From: the human T2T-CHM13v2.0 reference genome, Homo sapiens
Assembly (NCBI RefSeq): GCF_009914755.1
Contig: NC_060927.1
Reading direction: 5' to 3' (one strand)
Length of the DNA: 64,000 nt
Shown: piece after piece, positions 57,274-64,000 of the stretch
Layout of the letters: every line of letters begins with the position of its first letter
Position numbering within the stretch: the stretch's first letter is position 1
The notes under the pieces: generated by a model
What the model saw: the letters and a program-made list of their open reading frames with translations, nothing else
What the model was told of the DNA's origin: nothing
Database searches by the model: none
Made by a program: the position numbers and the translations under genes

Positions 57274-57779
57274 AGGTCTAGGCACAGAGCTTCAGGTGTC
57301 TGAAAAATTCTGTCCTGATAGTGTGAAATGGATCTACTTAATGAACTCCGGATAACAGAGCAGTGGATAGTTTTGATGCTATACCTGCAAATAACCAAAA
57401 ACAGTGTTAGCTTCTAGAAAATGCACCTCCTTTAAGGCTCCTGAATGGGATTTTAGGTTATGTGAATGCTTAATAATAATAAGCAACAGCATCTAGCACT
57501 TTCAGGAAGTAATTGGGTAAAATTACAGCCTCTAGCTGATAGCTCTCTGCTGGTAGCATCTCCTCCCCACTCCCACCATGGTATAGTCTTCTAAATTAGT
57601 AGTTCTCAACCTTGGCTCTGCATTCAAAGCACCTGGAAAATTTCATGAGGATTAAGTGGAATGGTTTAAAAATAACTGTCAGATGGCAGATGTTTGCTGT
57701 CAGTTTCTTCCTGCCTAAAAAGTGAGACTACACTCTTACCTCTCTCCCTCTCCTGAACCAAAGGGGATCCTCTCATTGA

Positions 57780-59540
57780 AAGAGTTTTGTACAATGCAAA
57801 ACTTTATTTAAATATATGTATCTCTAAAAGATAACTCTTTTAAGAAACATAGCCACAATACTATCACATCTCAATTATCCATAATTCCTGTATATAAAAT
57901 ATCCAATCAGTATTCTCCTGTCCCTCACTATTTGAATTTGTTTGTTCAAATTAGAATAAAGCCCAGGTGCTTCAATTGATATGTCTCCTCAATCTCTTTT
58001 AATGTATAGAGTCTACCACCATATTTCTTTTTCCCTTGTAATTCATTTACTACTGAAACCAGGTCATTTTTCTTGTAAACTTTCAGTCTAGGATTTACTG
58101 ATTGCATCCTCATGTTTTTTAAAAACAAACTTTTAAAAAAGTTTTACATTTGCAGGCCAGGTGCAGTGGCTCACGCCTGTAATCCTAATATTTTAGGAAG
58201 TGCAGGTGGGAAGATAGCTCGAGGTCAGGAGTTGGAGACCAGCTTGGGCAATATACTGAGACCTCCTCTATATATTTTTTAAAGTTTTTTATATTTACAG
58301 GAAAAGCGTGGAGATAGTACCTAGAGTTCCCATTACTCCACCTAATTTACTCTGTAATTAACATCTTACATTATTATGGTACATTTCTTGCAATAATGAA
58401 CCAATTTTGATACATTATCATTAGACAAAGTCTATACCTTATTCAGATTTATCTAATCCAGTTAGTCATGTCATGTGTCCTTAGGCTAGTCTTTGTTGTG
58501 AGAGTTTCTCAGACTTTCATTGTATTTCATGATTGCTATCAACTGAATATTTTTGTTCCCCCTAAATTCATATGTTGAAATCCTAACTCCCAATTTATTG
58601 GCATTTGGAAGTAGGGCCTTTGGGAGGTGATTAGGTCATGAGGGCAGGGGCCTCACAAATTAGATTAGTGACTTTATAAAAGAGGTGTGTACATATCTAC
58701 AAATATTTCCCTATATAAACATATGTAGCTATATTAAGTTAAACATGAGTTAATACTGATGTCTCCAACTCGAATCCACTATTACATGGATCATTCTAGT
58801 CTCTTCCTGATATTTTAAAAAGGGGCACCTTTATATTTCTTATAACTGGTATTTAGGTTGAGATTCAACTTCAATTTTGTGCAAGAAAAATTAATAGGAG
58901 GTGATGTCTTCTTCCATCATGAAGTGCACAGTAACTGGTTGCCTTTTCATGATTTTAGCAAACATTGATGATCATTCCCTAGGATCCATTAATTCTTTAA
59001 AGTTTAAAAAAAATTGTAAAATTTTGATTGGCTCCTTCTTCTTTGATTAGCTAGAATACTTATAAAATTTCCTCTCATCAACTATTTAGTAGCCCTGAGG
59101 AAGAGCCCATATAAAAAAGGCAGGATGGGCTGGGCGCTGTGGCTCACACCTGTAATCCCAGCACTTTGGGAGGCCAAGGTGGACAGATCACATGAGGTCA
59201 GGAGTTCAAAACCAACCTGGCCAACATAGCGAAACCCTGTCTCTACTCAAAATACAAAAATTAGCTGGGCGTGATGGTGGGCACCTGTAAGCCCAGCTAC
59301 TCAGGGAGGCTGAGGCATGAGAATCACTTGAAGCTGGGAGGCAGAGGTTGCAGTGAGCCGAGATTGCGCCACTGCACTCCAGCCTGGGTGACAGAGCAAG
59401 ACTCCATCTCAAATAAATAAATAAATAAATAAATAAATAAAATTTAAAAGCATGATAAATGTTTAATTCTTTTCCTCATTATTTTAAAAATGAATTGGTT
59501 CCTTAGCATCCTCCCAGACTGACCACAGAGCTATTTTTGA
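57780..59540. mobile_element. Nested repeat cluster: old antisense L1M pieces with FLAM (58155-58280), MLT1A-like fragment (~58533-58690) and AluS (59128-59445)
   Basis: Alu heads GGCCAGGTGCAGTGGCTCACG (58155) and GGCTGGGCGCTGTGGCTCAC (59128); MLT1 motif AAATTCATATGTTGAAATCCTAA...TCATGAGGGCAGGGCCTC. Confidence 0.7.
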
Positions 59541-61379
59541 TTCCACGTACCGCCATGAACTTGAAGCAGCTTTTTAGGTACACTGCTCAGCCCTCTACCT
59601 CCAGCCTTGAGTCCTGGGCATTCTGCCTCAGGATAGTGAATGGGGGATGGTTGGCGGAGGTGGGGAGGTGAGGCAGAAGCAGAGAGGGATTTGAAAGGGA
59701 TGGCAAAGTTGGGGGTTCTTATGGGCTTCCATTTTCTTCATCCAGAAAAAGCTCTGGTCTCCAAAGCATTAATTCCTGTATAGCTGTTGCCTTGGCTTTT
59801 ATAGATTTTCATGTTGCCTTATAAATAGTTGAGTCCATCTTTAAAAGTCTCTTCAAGCAACCAGGAAAGAAAGAACAGCCTGAAGATCTGGAAAGGGCAT
59901 GTTTAACCCTAAATCCTTAAAAGTAGCTAATCTAGGAGAGAAGGTTACCTTTGAAATGCTGGGGAGAGGGGTAGATCACCTCTTCTCCACCTTGGCTATT
60001 AGTTACCTGAAACATCTTTGAAAAGCCACATGTCCCTGTATTACCTCCACAGATTCTGATTCAGTTGCTCTGGCTGGAACCCGGAAATTGGCAGTTGCTA
60101 TCCGCTTTTAGAGCAAGGTGAGTGTAACATGAAGCCAGGGCCATTTCCAAGTCCCCAGAATGATAGCAGGCCAACATGGATTGTGTCACACCTACAGCTT
60201 TATCACCTTGATCTGCCCATCTGATGTTAGTATTTGGCATCTCCACCCTGCAACTCAGAAGACTAAGCTAGGAAAAATGATGCCTAACAGTTTTCATCCC
60301 TGCTTGAAACACTGGGGCCTTGATGAGTGTGGCTCAGTTCCAACTCCTGGGTCTTTAACATAACACACAGCAGCGTGTCCCAACCCTCGACTCCAAGAAT
60401 GGATACATTTATTTTCTGCCTTGCACTGTTCTAAGTGCTTTACATATCTCAACATCCCTAATAGGTTGGTATCATCTCCACTTAACAGATGAGCTGCTGG
60501 GATCTGAGAGAGTTAAGTGACTTGTTAAGGGCACAAACCTGTTTCTGGGTGGGTCCGGACTCTTTCCCACCATATGCCGTCACTTACAGGCTGTGAGTTT
60601 ATGCCCAGCCCCCCTCAAGGAGCTGCCTCCTGCTTTCTATTGCATAATCAATATCGACACCTGGTGTAGGGGCGCTCTGCACGGTGGGGAAGGCCTGGCC
60701 TGGAGTGAGGGATCCTGCATCTCAGCATCAGGCCCTGAGTAGGCCTCTGCCCTTGTGGTAGGGTAACCCACCCTCCTTCATAGCTCAGAGGTCTGAGGGG
60801 GTTTGAGGGAAAGACTAGAAAGCCTAGGAGGCTTCTTCTATCTCTCACCCCTCCTCACTCCCAGTCCTGCCACAGGATTTCACTCACAGCTCCTTCCACC
60901 CCCACCCTTCCCCTGAAAATCTCACTGCCCTGTGACTTCTCCATGTGCCACTTCCTGTGCGTCAGATCCCCGCGATAAGCTGCCCACTGCCTGTGGCCGC
61001 CCCAATTCCTTAGAACTACACTTATCACTGCTCACCCTTCTCCTACTCTCCCCCTCTCAGAAAATGACACCACATCCAGGAAACTCGGAACCAACACTAG
61101 CCCAGCGCTCCCTCTTCCCCATTCACTCAGTTACCAAGTCCCCACAGTTTCACCACTCAAGACAGTTGTCAGACCATGGCGCCTCTCCATCCCCATTTCC
61201 CTAGGATAGGCCTTGGTGTCTGAGGCCAACCCTGCCTCATTTCCTCCTAACCCCCACCCAGGCCTTGTGCTTTGTGTACCACCACACCCAACCAAAGGTA
61301 GTTATTACTTCTTTGGCTCCCAGCACTCAAGTGAGCGCCCCAGCTCTCCCTTACCTGCTGGCACACTCCAGCTGACTCC

Positions 61380-61719
61380 AGATTCTGACGTAGGCGTTTA
61401 TGTACTAGCCTTTCTCCAGGTTCAGGGCGCTGCCACACCTTCAGCCCCGCCCCGCCCCGCCGCAAGCCCAACCCAGAGGTTGCTTATGGTTTCCCTAAGG
61501 TTCCTGGGCTCTGGACATCAGTCCGGTCTGCAAGCCCCGCCCTGATTGGCTGCCTCCGGCACCGGTCGCTGCGCCCTGACCTAAGGCGCCCAGGTTCCTC
61601 CCCCTTATCCCTGCAGGGCTGGTGCCTTGCGGCACCGCCCACGCTCGGATTGGTCCGAGGTGAGATTCGCCCTTGTGCCCTCGTAGGCCTTCGGAACAGC
61701 GGAAGAGCAGTGTCGGGCC
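61380..61719 (+). promoter_or_regulatory. CpG-island promoter of the NUDT16-like locus (island extends to ~62230)
   Basis: High GC and CpG density; GC boxes CCCCGCCCCGCCCCGCC (61445-61461) and CCCCGCCC (~61535); inverted CCAAT boxes ATTGG at 61545 and 61649; CRE-like TGACGTAG at 61386; no TATA box. Confidence 0.8.
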
Positions 61720-63355
<1,636 letters not shown>

Positions 63356-64000
63356 GGACTTTGGTACAAGGAAGGGAATGTTTTCTCTTCCGGACCTAAA
63401 GACGATACCAAATTAAAAGAAGACATGTATATCATATGTTTTGAGCAGAGGACCCTCCAATTCATGGGATCAGGGGCAAAAATCCACAGCTCATCCCAGG
63501 GGCCCTGGCAGGTTCTCAGAGCCTACCTCTTCCTTGTATATTTGCATACAGCCTGGTAACCCCCAGGCATGCATATGTACAATGTGACCACACACAGCCT
63601 GACATCTTTCACCTGTCAAGTCCAATTTAACCAGGAATTGGCATTTGTTACCATACCCTGCCTCTTGCTTTGCAGAGAGCTTCTACAGCAAGGCTGAGTC
63701 CTTCCCACAGTCCTCCATGCCTGCTCTTTAGGGTCTACCCCAGCCCATGTTTTTTGGGAAGGATAGAGAAGCAGAGGACCCTCTTTGCTTTCCTGAAAGT
63801 AGCCATGCCCTTGCTGGAGGGTTCACCACAGCAATTGGTGGGAAAGGGTCTTAACCAATCTCCAACACTTTTCTTCTCCTGAAACTGAGAAGGGGTAAGG
63901 AAGTAGCTAGGTCCCCTTGGACGGAGCATGGACATGAGACCTGTGAGTACTGGTGTCTCTCCTTCAGAGCTTTCATCTTTGGTTCGCTGTAGACTCTGGG

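Overview
Human-like (primate) genomic DNA, not microbial. Bases 1-49333 are a repeat-rich intron. It ends in the terminal coding exon of the kinase NEK11 (+, 49334-49553, ...MGKEPTLQNHL*), which is followed by a 3'UTR with two AATAAA signals (50188, 50214). About 11.5 kb downstream, a CpG-island promoter precedes a three-exon, intron-containing pseudogene of the Nudix hydrolase NUDT16 (NUDT16P1/NUDT16L2P-like, +, 61720-63355) with two nonsense codons and a 2-nt deletion. The rest is a typical primate repeat landscape: a full-length, coding-dead L1PA3/4-type LINE-1 (31245-37436), older L1s, Alus, MaLR and MER31-type LTRs, MER DNA transposons, L2 and MIR. The most interesting observations are: (1) a candidate antisense unit in which the L1's intact ORF0 could splice in frame, via its only surviving known donor, to a 159-nt unique exon at 28624-28782; (2) the pseudogene's Nudix helix lost its catalytic glutamates through multi-base codon changes, suggesting a TIRR-like pseudo-enzyme before inactivation; (3) a tailless 34-nt U2 snRNA retro-copy with target-site duplication; (4) several micro-rearrangements (duplicated hairpin, Alu-born minisatellite, Alu tail converted to a G-rich polypurine tract). 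Gene and repeat-family names come from recalled sequences; no search was run, and subfamily calls and old-repeat boundaries are approximate.
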